IMG/VR virus record: IMGVR_UViG_3300025769_015982
Location: 1-64,000 of that record
Strand: one strand, 5' to 3'
DNA from: a virus
Length of the DNA stretch: 64,000 nucleotides
A program made the translations under genes and the position numbers. This document shows, piece by piece, positions 8,976 through 18,889 of the stretch (the stretch's first letter is position 1; each line of letters opens with the position of its first letter). Below the pieces are notes generated by a model. It was not told where the DNA came from and ran no database searches. It was given only the letters and a program-made list of their open reading frames with translations.

Positions 8976-11956
8976 GTATTTTTAAAGATACTTTTAGAGA
9001 TTATGTAAGAGACCAATTATCAATTAGAGAAAAACTAATTGAAATAGGAAACCTTACTGATAATAACCCTTTAACTAATAGAAGGCAGATAAATGATATT
9101 TTCCTGCAAAGTGGTAAAAAAGCTTCACTTTCACCTGATAGCTATTATCAATACACTTTAAATAAACAATGTGGTATTAGACTTACCTCATTAGTGGATT
9201 ATGTTGAAGATGTTAATTTAGGACTTAGTAATTTTACTAACCTTCAAGGCCCTGCTTTAAGCGAAAGGTTTATTTTAGAAGGAGGTACATTAGGGAGAGG
9301 CAGATCAAAATCTGACCTTAGGGGTGGTATTGGTGATTTTAACTCAGCTTATGGTGATCCATTTATAGCTTCAGACGCTAGTTCAGATGGATTTGGTGTA
9401 GTCCCTATGCCTGGTATAATTGATACCCAGGTAAGAACTAAATCAGCTTATGGATCGTTAAGAGAAGCTAAGGTTAATTTTGAGTGCCATAATAGAAGAC
9501 AATTAGAGGTCTTAGAAATGTTATACATGAGACCTGGATATGTTGTTTTACTTGAGTGGGGATCAACCCCTTACATTAATAATAGGGGAACCGTAGTTAA
9601 AGACTTAAGATTAGTAGAAAGCGAAGAACCTATATATACTAACAATATAACCCAAACAAGTCTTTATAATGCTATTAATAGACTAAAAGAAGAATCATGT
9701 GGTAATTATGATGGGTTTTTAGGTTTTATTAAAAACTTTGGCTTCCAGGCTCGTGAAGATGGGGGATTTTCCTGCTATACAGAATTAATTACCATTGGTG
9801 AGGTTATAGAGGGTTTAAAACCTCCAAGCATATCTCCATTTAGCCCAATATTCCTTAGCCCTAAAGCAGAAGATATCCCCGCAGAGTTACTGGTCCCAAG
9901 CCCTATTAGAGATAGTGCTGGGCGATCTGAACTCGTTACTCAACAACAAGTAGAGATTGAAAGACAAACAGGTATCAAAACCTCTAGATATCAAGAAGCT
10001 TTAGATATAAAATTAATCCCTGAATATAATGGTTTAGAGGGGGTAACCAAAGCTTTAAAAACATATACTTCATTTAATCAATTTACCCTAGGAAATCCTG
10101 GTCCTGATAGTGATAGAGGGAGAAGTAACAACCTTAGCACTTTAAGGAATGGCCCTGATGGTAGGAACTTAAGTCCTATATCTAGGAGAGAACTAGATAT
10201 TATATTCCCTGAACTAACTGAATACTATTCAGCCGAAGCTGCTAGAAACCCTGATTCAGGTATTCCCCCCGAAGAAAGAGAAAGACTTGATTATTTCGAA
10301 GACCAATCCGGGGAAACAAGAGAAGGAAGATCTAGACTTCAAAATGAAGGTCATGACCGTATAAATCAACTTGTAGAAAGAAAAAGAATGTTAGAAGGTC
10401 TTCTTAGAACCAGATCATTTAACATTGAAAATACTCTATTAAGTACTTTAGGATTAAATTCCCGTAAAGAATTACGGAATTTTATAATCCCTAGAGGTGG
10501 TCTTACTAAAGAAACCACAAACTTTAGGGGAAACGTTCTCCGAGATGGCACAGTTGAAACCCCCATCTTTAGAAATGATCAACCTTTTATTAGATGGGAT
10601 GCTTTAGTAATTTTAATTAATAATGCTTTAATCCCACAAAATGAAAACCAAAAATCTCCTATAAACCTAACTACAGAAAGGATATATGATTTAGGAAAAG
10701 ATTCTGATGGAAAATATAGATACCGATTAGACGCATTAAGGTATGCTCCTATTACTGAAATAGGACCTGATGATAAAAATAGAATTATTTATGATTTTTC
10801 TTCGGATCCTAATACGTGTATACTACCTTCTCAATTTTTTAATGTCCCCCCATTATTCATTGAAGAGCAGTTAGGGTATACCCCTAACCTTTTTGCCCTT
10901 CCTGACACTTACGCTGAAGCCTTATATGGTAAACAACCCACCGAGGGTTTACCCCTCAGTCAACTAGAAGCTAGCAGTAGAATAGGAAGCATATTTTTAA
11001 ACATCAATATGATTGATGACATTGCATCCAAAAATAATAATAACCCTAATTATACTTTAGGTAATTTTATTACTGATATTTGGGATGAAGTAAATAAAGC
11101 ATGCCCTAACCATAATTTTGTGCTAACAGACGATAAAGAAGCAAACACTTTATTTATAATAGACCTTCCTATAGATAAAGATACTTTACCACCACCTCCA
11201 CAATTACATGAATTTACTCCATTTAGCAATAAAACTATCCTCCGTAATTTTAGTTATACTAGCAATGTTCCAAGCGCTTTAACTGCTACTGTAGCTATTC
11301 AAGCCCAGGACCCAAGAAGTATTCAAGATATAGATGGGGTAACATTTGCAGCATTTAATAGAGCAATTAAAAACCGCTTATTTAGTATTGACACTGAATC
11401 CAATTGGGTTAAAACAGCAGCAGATGTTGAAACCACTGCAAGTGAATATGAAAAAAAGCGTGCTATCCTTAGTGAAGAGCTATCTAATTTTAGATTTAAT
11501 TTTTTCTACGATCTATCAGCAGAACCTAATGAAAGAGATTATAAGGCAGGAAATATAATAGGTATTCTGAAAGAATACCAGCAAATGACTACATATGTAA
11601 GCGAAGCTAAAAATAAGTCTACCAGTTTCGCCTCAGTAATCCCACTAGAATTCAATGCTACATTAGATGGTATTTCAGGGATAGTTATTGGTAATTTATT
11701 TAGAGTTGAAGAAAGTAGACTTCCTAGAGCCTATGCTAAATCTGATATAGGATTTATAGTTTTTTCTGAAGAACAAAAAATCACAGCTGGTGGAGATTGG
11801 ACCACAGATATAAGTGGTAAAATGGTTCTTTTAGACCCTACTCCCCCTAGCGAAAAACTCCCCATAGTCAATATTCCTATAGAGGAAGAAACTATAAGAG
11901 ACGTAAGCTTTGGATTTTTCCCTAACTATAATGATTATTTCAATCCTTTATCGTAA
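8972..11956 (+). CDS. large baseplate hub-like structural protein
   Basis: 994 aa after the gp53-like gene; PMPGI...LYMRPGYVVLLEWG N-terminus and LDGISGIVIGNLF...WTTDISG C-terminus, typical of hub-type proteins. Confidence 0.55.
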   Translation: MSIFKDTFRDYVRDQLSIREKLIEIGNLTDNNPLTNRRQINDIFLQSGKKASLSPDSYYQYTLNKQCGIRLTSLVDYVEDVNLGLSNFTNLQGPALSERFILEGGTLGRGRSKSDLRGGIGDFNSAYGDPFIASDASSDGFGVVPMPGIIDTQVRTKSAYGSLREAKVNFECHNRRQLEVLEMLYMRPGYVVLLEWGSTPYINNRGTVVKDLRLVESEEPIYTNNITQTSLYNAINRLKEESCGNYDGFLGFIKNFGFQAREDGGFSCYTELITIGEVIEGLKPPSISPFSPIFLSPKAEDIPAELLVPSPIRDSAGRSELVTQQQVEIERQTGIKTSRYQEALDIKLIPEYNGLEGVTKALKTYTSFNQFTLGNPGPDSDRGRSNNLSTLRNGPDGRNLSPISRRELDIIFPELTEYYSAEAARNPDSGIPPEERERLDYFEDQSGETREGRSRLQNEGHDRINQLVERKRMLEGLLRTRSFNIENTLLSTLGLNSRKELRNFIIPRGGLTKETTNFRGNVLRDGTVETPIFRNDQPFIRWDALVILINNALIPQNENQKSPINLTTERIYDLGKDSDGKYRYRLDALRYAPITEIGPDDKNRIIYDFSSDPNTCILPSQFFNVPPLFIEEQLGYTPNLFALPDTYAEALYGKQPTEGLPLSQLEASSRIGSIFLNINMIDDIASKNNNNPNYTLGNFITDIWDEVNKACPNHNFVLTDDKEANTLFIIDLPIDKDTLPPPPQLHEFTPFSNKTILRNFSYTSNVPSALTATVAIQAQDPRSIQDIDGVTFAAFNRAIKNRLFSIDTESNWVKTAADVETTASEYEKKRAILSEELSNFRFNFFYDLSAEPNERDYKAGNIIGILKEYQQMTTYVSEAKNKSTSFASVIPLEFNATLDGISGIVIGNLFRVEESRLPRAYAKSDIGFIVFSEEQKITAGGDWTTDISGKMVLLDPTPPSEKLPIVNIPIEEETIRDVSFGFFPNYNDYFNPLS

Positions 11957-12756
11957 TGGCTTATCTACCAAAAAACAAATATAAAAAATATTACACTAAT
12001 GGGGGTGAATTTAGATTAGCTAAAGAATCAACCTCTTATGTGGGAGATTATATTGTTACATCTGGGGGAAAAATATATGCTGGAATCAGTCCTGATAGAC
12101 TTTTGGGCCGCTTAATTCCTTTAAACAAAGTATCTCCCAATGTAGATGATTCTCCCCCTAACAATAAAACATATTCTATTTTAAGGCCAGATTTAGCTAG
12201 AAAACAAAATTCTTATATCCCTATTCCTTCTGATCAACCCACACCTACAGCAATTGAATATTCACAAGGTGTTTTTGATCGTTTTATTGTTGTAAGGTTA
12301 AACACTAAAGGCTATTTTGAAATATCTAAGGATACTTATACTAACTTCTATAAGCGTAATTACAATAGAGATTTACATAAGACATTCTCAATTCCTTGGT
12401 CATTAAAAGAAAATAACACTGAAAACAACTTAAAAACCCTTAGATATTATGAATCTAAGTTACCAGGAATAATAGATTTTTTCCCAAATAAAGGTCAATA
12501 TGCTCTTAGAAACGGAGTAATTAATATAACACCAAGTTCACGAATATATCCTACGGGTGAAGTTATTCCTAAAATATTACCTGCGGCTTACCAATTAGGA
12601 AATGATAAAGTTAATACTATAATTAATCCTAGGGTCCCTAAAAATCAACATTGTAATAATTGTAAATTTAACCAAAACGGACACTGTACTAGGTGGAATG
12701 CTCATATTAATAAAAAATATTGGTGTGCGGTATGGAAGCAACTTGGTTCTGAATAA
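11956..12756 (+). CDS. hypothetical virion-module protein with C-terminal HiPIP-like four-Cys motif
   Basis: N-terminal YTNGGEF...YVGDY; C-terminal QHCNNCKF-x5-C-x9-WCAVW. Confidence 0.55.
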   Translation: MAYLPKNKYKKYYTNGGEFRLAKESTSYVGDYIVTSGGKIYAGISPDRLLGRLIPLNKVSPNVDDSPPNNKTYSILRPDLARKQNSYIPIPSDQPTPTAIEYSQGVFDRFIVVRLNTKGYFEISKDTYTNFYKRNYNRDLHKTFSIPWSLKENNTENNLKTLRYYESKLPGIIDFFPNKGQYALRNGVINITPSSRIYPTGEVIPKILPAAYQLGNDKVNTIINPRVPKNQHCNNCKFNQNGHCTRWNAHINKKYWCAVWKQLGSE

Positions 12757-12773
12757 TAGATTTCGTATATTTG
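12742..12773 (+). promoter_or_regulatory. Bacteroidota-type sigma70 promoter (-33 TTG, -7 TAnnTTTG)
   Basis: CTTG-N20-TATATTTG, ending 4 nt before the ATG at 12778. Confidence 0.65.
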
Positions 12774-12777
12774 GGGT

Positions 12778-14103
12778 ATGTACTACCTCATAGAAACACA
12801 AGAGCAATTAGAACGGTTCTTTGAAGGTGAGGGTAACGAGTGTTACCTTCAATTTGTTACAAATAACGACGATACTCACCCTAAATTACAATCGCTTTGT
12901 GCGTTGTACATTTATTCATTTAGTAGGGAAAAGGGTTTTATGGTTAACTTAAATCACCCAGAGGGGTTTGAGCTTGATTTACCAATGAAGTACTTGCGAT
13001 CTTATACGAACATATTCGTTAAAGAAAAAACAAAAAGCTTACTATACATCCCTACACTCCCTTATACGGATATACAAAGCATATACTACTTACTAAAAAA
13101 CGAACCACTACCCTCATTACCAAAAACGGGAACACACACGTTCTATGAGCGCAAATACGGCGCAAATAACGTGAATAAAATAATTCCCCTTGCAAAGCAC
13201 TACGAGGCGTTGACTAACGAATTTGAGGCGATTTACCCGTATATTCGTAGCTATAAAAGTGAAGAATCAAACAAGTGGTACAACGAAATATTTATACCTA
13301 CACTAGCCAAAATGGTAGGTGAAGGCTTTAAAATTAACGACACATTCAAACAACACTTTGATATAAATGAAAAATTCAGCGTTCACGACTCCAAAATATA
13401 CGGATGGTATAATTTTTGCACTACAACAGGACGTCCTACAAACAACTTTAATAGCGTTAATTTCTCAGCTTTAAAGCACGATACAGGCGAGCGAGATGGT
13501 TTTGAAGCAGACAACGACATGCTCATTGAAATGGATTTCGAGGGTTATCACCCACGAATTATAGCGCGTTTGTCAGGTGGTGAATTAGATAAAAGCGAAT
13601 CTGTTCACACACAAATGGCAAAAATGTATTTTGACACTGAAGAGATAGACGCTGAAATGTACAAGCGAAGTAAGGAGCTTACTTTCCAACAAATGTACGG
13701 AGGTATAAATAAAAAATACCTTAAACATAAATATTTTAATAAAGCACAACAATTTATTAACGAGTTATGGCGAGAGTTTAACACACAAGGATATGTTAAA
13801 ACTGTAATTGCGAGGCGCAAGCTTTTAAAAGATAACTATAAAAACATGACTCCCCAGAAGTTATTTAACTACTATATCCAGGCATTTGAGACGGAGTATA
13901 ATTTTACGATGTTATCAAGGTTGTTTAAATTACTCGAGGGAAAGAAAAGTAAAATCATTTTATATGTGTATGACTCTGTGTTAGTAGATTTTTCGTTGGA
14001 GGACGGTAAAGAAACACTTCAAGCGATTAGATCGATAGTTTCGTCTGATTTTCCTGTAAAACTAAAACGCGGCAGTACATACTCTTCTTTAGAGGACCTT
14101 TGA
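12778..14103 (+). CDS. family A DNA polymerase-like protein (atypical, short)
   Basis: TTTGRP; motif A DFEGYHPR; motif B KELTFQQMYG; NYYIQ; motif C YVYDS. Confidence 0.85.
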   Translation: MYYLIETQEQLERFFEGEGNECYLQFVTNNDDTHPKLQSLCALYIYSFSREKGFMVNLNHPEGFELDLPMKYLRSYTNIFVKEKTKSLLYIPTLPYTDIQSIYYLLKNEPLPSLPKTGTHTFYERKYGANNVNKIIPLAKHYEALTNEFEAIYPYIRSYKSEESNKWYNEIFIPTLAKMVGEGFKINDTFKQHFDINEKFSVHDSKIYGWYNFCTTTGRPTNNFNSVNFSALKHDTGERDGFEADNDMLIEMDFEGYHPRIIARLSGGELDKSESVHTQMAKMYFDTEEIDAEMYKRSKELTFQQMYGGINKKYLKHKYFNKAQQFINELWREFNTQGYVKTVIARRKLLKDNYKNMTPQKLFNYYIQAFETEYNFTMLSRLFKLLEGKKSKIILYVYDSVLVDFSLEDGKETLQAIRSIVSSDFPVKLKRGSTYSSLEDL

Positions 14104-14137
14104 TATTTATTGTGGAATAACACAATACATATTTAAA

Positions 14138-14527
14138 ATGAACAACAAACTTTATTGTACCTTTCTCCAAGATGAGGGGGTTAATGAAGTTGTAGATAGA
14201 ATTCTTGAGGAGCACGATATCTTATTTAATAAGATTTTTGTTTTAGTTTCGTTAGATGACCACAAAACTATGTTAACTTATAACATTGATGGTCCTATTT
14301 ATAACCTTCAGTTACCTAATACTATTTTGGTACACAGGAAAAAGCAAACAAACACGCTATATACTATAAACGCCTTAAATGAGGTAATAAAATATTTGAA
14401 TGGGGGTGTCTTAGACACTACATACCAAGTTGATTGGACAAAATTCCGTAACAGCCTTCTTTTGACTCGCCCTGGTGGGTTTAAAAAAGTTAGAACTCGT
14501 TTAAAAACTATTATCGAAATAGAGTAA
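14138..14527 (+). CDS. conserved hypothetical phage protein
   Basis: 129-aa ORF with VHRKKQTNTLYTINALN motif and its own TATTTAT motif upstream. Confidence 0.6.
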   Translation: MNNKLYCTFLQDEGVNEVVDRILEEHDILFNKIFVLVSLDDHKTMLTYNIDGPIYNLQLPNTILVHRKKQTNTLYTINALNEVIKYLNGGVLDTTYQVDWTKFRNSLLLTRPGGFKKVRTRLKTIIEIE

Positions 14528-14544
14528 AAAGCTCTCTGGTAAAA

Positions 14545-14576
14545 TTTGGATTTACTGACCTGGGTTATTATATTTA
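14545..14576 (+). promoter_or_regulatory. Bacteroidota-type sigma70 promoter
   Basis: TTTG-N20-TATATTTA upstream of the gp32-like gene; same spacing as the site at 12742. Confidence 0.55.
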
Positions 14577-14593
14577 CCCAAAATTAAAAGGTC

Positions 14594-15346
14594 ATGAATC
14601 TAGACGAAATTAGAAAGCGCATGGACCGCTTGCAAAACAAGTCCAACGGCAAGTCAAAATCCGACTACAAAGCCAACTTTTGGAAACCACCTAGCGGTGA
14701 GAAATCAGTTATTCGTATTGTGCCCTATAAGCACAACAAGGAAGTACCATTCACTGAATTGTATTTCTACTTCGGCATTGACAAACCCAGAATGATGTCA
14801 CTCTCAAACTTTGATGAGTCTGACCCAATCTTGGAGTTTGCATCACAACTACGTAAGTCCAATGATGCTGACAACATGGCATTGGCAAAGAAACTTTACC
14901 CCAAAATGCGTACGTTCGCACCTGTAATTGTTAGAGGTGAGGAAGATAAAGGTGTACGTTTCTGGGAATTTGGTAAGATGGTTTACCAAGAACTCCTTGG
15001 AGTTATGATGGATGAAGATTATGGTGACATTACTGATATTGCTCAGGGACGAGATGTTACTGTTGAAGTTATTCCAGCAGCTGAAACTGGTAAGATGTAC
15101 GACACAACTACTGTTCGTGTTAAACCAGTTCAGACCCCGCTTTCGGATAGTGCTGAAACAGCTGAATCATTCCTTGAAAACCAAAAGAATGTTATTGATT
15201 TGTTCAATAAGTATTCATTTGATGAAATGAAAGAATCACTCCAAAAATACTTAGCACCAAGTGAAGAGCAAGAAACAGTAGAGGCAACATCACCCGTAAA
15301 AGAAAAGGTTGACCTCAATTCTAAAATAGACGATTTATTCGGTTAA
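14594..15346 (+). CDS. single-stranded DNA-binding protein (T4 gp32-like)
   Basis: FWKP...VIRIVP, VIVRGEEDKGVRFWEFGK and GDITDIAQGRD motifs; acidic tail ending IDDLFG. Confidence 0.8.
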   Translation: MNLDEIRKRMDRLQNKSNGKSKSDYKANFWKPPSGEKSVIRIVPYKHNKEVPFTELYFYFGIDKPRMMSLSNFDESDPILEFASQLRKSNDADNMALAKKLYPKMRTFAPVIVRGEEDKGVRFWEFGKMVYQELLGVMMDEDYGDITDIAQGRDVTVEVIPAAETGKMYDTTTVRVKPVQTPLSDSAETAESFLENQKNVIDLFNKYSFDEMKESLQKYLAPSEEQETVEATSPVKEKVDLNSKIDDLFG

Positions 15347-15347
15347 T

Positions 15348-16493
15348 ATGGCAAGAAAATCTAACAATACGACCCTAGACGGGGGAAGTCTTACTGACGA
15401 ACTAGCAACTTCGCTAAATAAGAAATTCAGTAAGGAATACAATCAAGTAGCTTACTTTCTTAACGGTGGGGATGAATCACCAACAGATGTAACATCCTGG
15501 GTATCTACAGGGTGTACACCACTCGATTTGGCGATTTCTAACAGACCAAATGGGGGTTTGCCTGTTAGTAAGATTGTTGAGATTACGGGCCTAGAGCAAA
15601 GCGGTAAATCCCTCCTAGCAGCTCACGTAATTGCTTCTACACAAAAGCAAGACGGTGTGGCAATATACATTGATACTGAATCAGCACTAGATGCGCAGTT
15701 CTTAACCGCCATAGGAGTTGATGTTGATAAGATGCTTTACATCCCACTTGATACAATTGAGGATGTTTTTGAAGCAATGGAAGACATCATCGTAAAGATT
15801 CGCGAAAAGAACAAAGACAAGCTAGTGACTATTGTAGTAGACTCTGTAGCCGCCGCAACCACGAAAATTGAGTCTGCAGCCGACTATGATAAAGATGGTT
15901 ATGCTACTGCTAAAGCAATTATCATGTCTAAATCAATGCGCAAAATTACTAATTTAATTGGTAAGCAAAAAATCCTATGTGTATTTACTAACCAGTTACG
16001 TCAAAAACTAAACGCGATGCCGTTTGGGGATCAATACACAACATCAGGAGGTAAAGCGCTCCAATTCCACGCCTCAGTTCGCTTGCGACTTAAAGGAGTA
16101 GGCAAGATTAAAGAGAAAGTTAATGGTGTGGATGAAGTAGTTGGACAGGAAGTTGAATGCGTAGTTGTTAAAAACCGCCTAGGCCCACCTAACCGAAAAG
16201 TCCGTTATAACGTCTTTTACGATTCCGGGATTGACGACATTTATGGTACCTTAAAATTGCTTAAGGAATACAAGATTGTTAAGCAGGGAGGAGCGTGGTA
16301 CAAGTATGCCACAGCAGATGGAGAAACTCACCAGTTTTTAGCTAAAGAGTTTGGAGATCTGTTAGACAGCCACCCCACAGCTAAAGAAGAATTGTATGAA
16401 GCCCTTTGTGACAAATACATTATGAAGTATCGTCACGAAAAGGAAGATGGTCTAGATCGTGACCCCGAAGAAACCATAACTGAGAATGGGTAA
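15348..16493 (+). CDS. uvsX: RecA/UvsX recombinase
   Basis: STGCTPLDLAI; Walker A GLEQSGKS; YIDTESA; VVDSVAA; FTNQLR; GGKALQFHASVR. Confidence 0.95.
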   Translation: MARKSNNTTLDGGSLTDELATSLNKKFSKEYNQVAYFLNGGDESPTDVTSWVSTGCTPLDLAISNRPNGGLPVSKIVEITGLEQSGKSLLAAHVIASTQKQDGVAIYIDTESALDAQFLTAIGVDVDKMLYIPLDTIEDVFEAMEDIIVKIREKNKDKLVTIVVDSVAAATTKIESAADYDKDGYATAKAIIMSKSMRKITNLIGKQKILCVFTNQLRQKLNAMPFGDQYTTSGGKALQFHASVRLRLKGVGKIKEKVNGVDEVVGQEVECVVVKNRLGPPNRKVRYNVFYDSGIDDIYGTLKLLKEYKIVKQGGAWYKYATADGETHQFLAKEFGDLLDSHPTAKEELYEALCDKYIMKYRHEKEDGLDRDPEETITENG

Positions 16494-17505
16494 TTTCGAA
16501 GATATCTTAAATAACATATCCCGTGAAGAGAAGCATCCTAATGATAGGGTGCTTCTCATTGACGGATTAAACATATTCCTAAGAGCATTTGCTGTAAATG
16601 GTGCATTGAATGAAAAAGGTGTTCCAGTAGGCGGTATTATGGGATTTATGAAGTCCCTTGCCCTTGCTATTAGGCAAATGGAACCTACTAGGGTAGTTGT
16701 TGTTTATGATGGGGCCGGGGGTAGTAAAAGGCGAAGAAAAATTAATCCGGATTATAAATCAAATAGAACCCCTAAGCGCGTAACTAAATTTGATGCTTTT
16801 AACTCGTTACAAGACGAAAAAGAAGCAATGAAAATTCAATTTAGGAGACTACTCAGTTACCTTGAGTTACTTCCAATTGATGTTTACAGCGTGGACAATG
16901 TTGAAGCAGACGATGTAATTGCATATATCGCACAAAATGTGCTAGAAAACGAAGTAATTATCATGTCTGCTGATCAAGATTTTTTACAATTAGTAAACGA
17001 TCGAATTGTAGTCTGGTCACCAAATAAGAAAAAGTATTATACAACCGAGCAAATATTTACTGAATACGGAATACCAGCTCACAATTTTTTGATGTATAAG
17101 TGTTTAATGGGTGATAAATCAGATAATCTTGAAGGTATTAAAGGTTTAGGCCCTAAAAAGATGGCTAAAGTAATCCCTGAAATTACAGGTAGAGAAATGA
17201 ACTTAGATTACCTTATACATTACGCATCCACACAAGACAGTTTAATGCATAAGCGAATCGTTGAAAGTAGAGAAAAATTGGAAACAAACGAAAAGATGAT
17301 GTCACTTAAAGACCCAATTATGTCAGGTCAAATAAAAATTCAAATAAGTGATTTAGCTTCTCGCCCAACAAATTTGCTCCACCGAAATGATTTTATTATG
17401 TTGTATAACGAAGATTATATGGGGAATAATTTACAAAACCCAGATATCTGGTTAAAGGAACATTTCCTTAAATTAAATAATCTTGCAAAATTAACACATG
17501 AGTAA
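16486..17505 (+). CDS. 5'-3' exonuclease / flap endonuclease (T4 RNase H-like)
   Basis: LIDGLN, YKSNR, EADDVIA, SADQDFLQL, GDKSDNLEGIKGLGPK. Confidence 0.93.
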   Translation: MGNFEDILNNISREEKHPNDRVLLIDGLNIFLRAFAVNGALNEKGVPVGGIMGFMKSLALAIRQMEPTRVVVVYDGAGGSKRRRKINPDYKSNRTPKRVTKFDAFNSLQDEKEAMKIQFRRLLSYLELLPIDVYSVDNVEADDVIAYIAQNVLENEVIIMSADQDFLQLVNDRIVVWSPNKKKYYTTEQIFTEYGIPAHNFLMYKCLMGDKSDNLEGIKGLGPKKMAKVIPEITGREMNLDYLIHYASTQDSLMHKRIVESREKLETNEKMMSLKDPIMSGQIKIQISDLASRPTNLLHRNDFIMLYNEDYMGNNLQNPDIWLKEHFLKLNNLAKLTHE

Positions 17506-18841
17506 GTTAGAACAGTACGGCCATAATTTTCAGGTTAAGGTACTATCTACACTTGTTAAAGATCGAGAGTTCATACAACAAGTAGCAGATATTGTATCGC
17601 CTGATTTTTTTGATAACGAAGCAAATAAGTGGATTGTAGGTAAAACTCTAGAATATTTTAATGAATTTAGAACTACTCCCACAATGGAGGTATTTAAAGT
17701 TGAAGTAGAGAAAATTAAAAATGAAATTCAACAAGTTGCTGTAAAAGAACAACTTAAAGAGACATTTAAATCTACTAAAGCACAAGACCTTGATTTTGTA
17801 AAACAAACATTCCTTGATTTTTGTAGGAATCAAACACTTAAATCTGCTCTTCTTTCCTCAGTTGACCTTCTTGAAATAGGAAATTATGAAGATATTCGCC
17901 GCCTTATTGACAATGCACTTAAAGCAGGTGTAGAAAAAAATCTTGGCCATGATTATATGGACGAGATTGAGGCTCGATACCAAGAAGAAGCTAGAAACAC
18001 AATAGAAACTCCTTGGAATGAAATAAATAGTCTATTAAGTGGAGGATTAGGTACTGGCGACTTAGGACTACTTGTTGGTAACCCAGGTGGAGGTAAGTCA
18101 TGGGCACTTGTTGCTTTAGGGGGACATGCTGTTAAATTAGGCTATACAGTTTTACATTATACACTTGAACTTTCTGACATGTATGTTGGTCAAAGATACG
18201 ATGCATTTTTTACAGAAATACCAGTTAATGAGATTAAAATTCATAAAACAACTGTCAAGGAAGAATTAGGAAACATGAGAGGAAAATTGTATATTAAGCA
18301 ATATCCCGCCGGTAAAGCTAATGTAAACACGATATTAGCGCATATTGATAAGTGTCGCGGCCAAGGTATTGAACCTGATCTTATTGTGTTAGATTACGCG
18401 GATCTTTTATATACTAGAAATGGAAAAGAAAAACGAGATAAATTAGACGATATTTACACCTCATTAAGAGGTATGGCTACTGAAATGAAAATCCCAATAT
18501 GGACAGCATCTCAAAGCAATAGATCAGCAGCTCGAGATAATATTATTCAAGGAGACCAAATTGCTGAAAGTTATTCGAAAATTATGATCTCAGATTTTGC
18601 AATTTCACTTTCTAGAAAGACAGAAGACAAAGAAAACGGTACTGGTAGATTCCATATTATGAAAAATAGATACGGAGCAGACGGATTAACATTTGATGCC
18701 CTTATGGACACATCTACCGGAAAAATCGATTTTACCAACCGAATAAATAATGAAGAGAACAGTGGTCCTGACGGAGCTGGCTTTACAGGAAATGAAAGAA
18801 GAAATCTTCAAAGGGCTGCTGAAAATATTTTCAGCTTTTAA
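17498..18841 (+). CDS. replicative DnaB-like helicase (T4 gp41-like)
   Basis: Walker A GNPGGGKS; YTLEL; VLDYADL; WTASQ; KNRYG. Confidence 0.92.
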   Translation: MSKLEQYGHNFQVKVLSTLVKDREFIQQVADIVSPDFFDNEANKWIVGKTLEYFNEFRTTPTMEVFKVEVEKIKNEIQQVAVKEQLKETFKSTKAQDLDFVKQTFLDFCRNQTLKSALLSSVDLLEIGNYEDIRRLIDNALKAGVEKNLGHDYMDEIEARYQEEARNTIETPWNEINSLLSGGLGTGDLGLLVGNPGGGKSWALVALGGHAVKLGYTVLHYTLELSDMYVGQRYDAFFTEIPVNEIKIHKTTVKEELGNMRGKLYIKQYPAGKANVNTILAHIDKCRGQGIEPDLIVLDYADLLYTRNGKEKRDKLDDIYTSLRGMATEMKIPIWTASQSNRSAARDNIIQGDQIAESYSKIMISDFAISLSRKTEDKENGTGRFHIMKNRYGADGLTFDALMDTSTGKIDFTNRINNEENSGPDGAGFTGNERRNLQRAAENIFSF

Positions 18842-18889
18842 CAGTATATACTGTATTTATCACTACACTAATAAAAAATTTAAAGTAAA

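Noticed and set aside
1206-12756. Bacterial contractile injection system or prophage in a chromosome
   Set aside because: The tail genes are contiguous with a T4-like replisome (gp32, gp41, gp43, gp44, gp45, gp62 equivalents), gene packing is dense and single-stranded, and no integrase or host housekeeping context is present.
18841-18854. NrdR box or LexA box upstream of nrdB
   Set aside because: The palindrome centre and arms do not fit the NrdR consensus, and the arms are inverted relative to CTGT-N8-ACAG. It is kept only as an unassigned palindrome.
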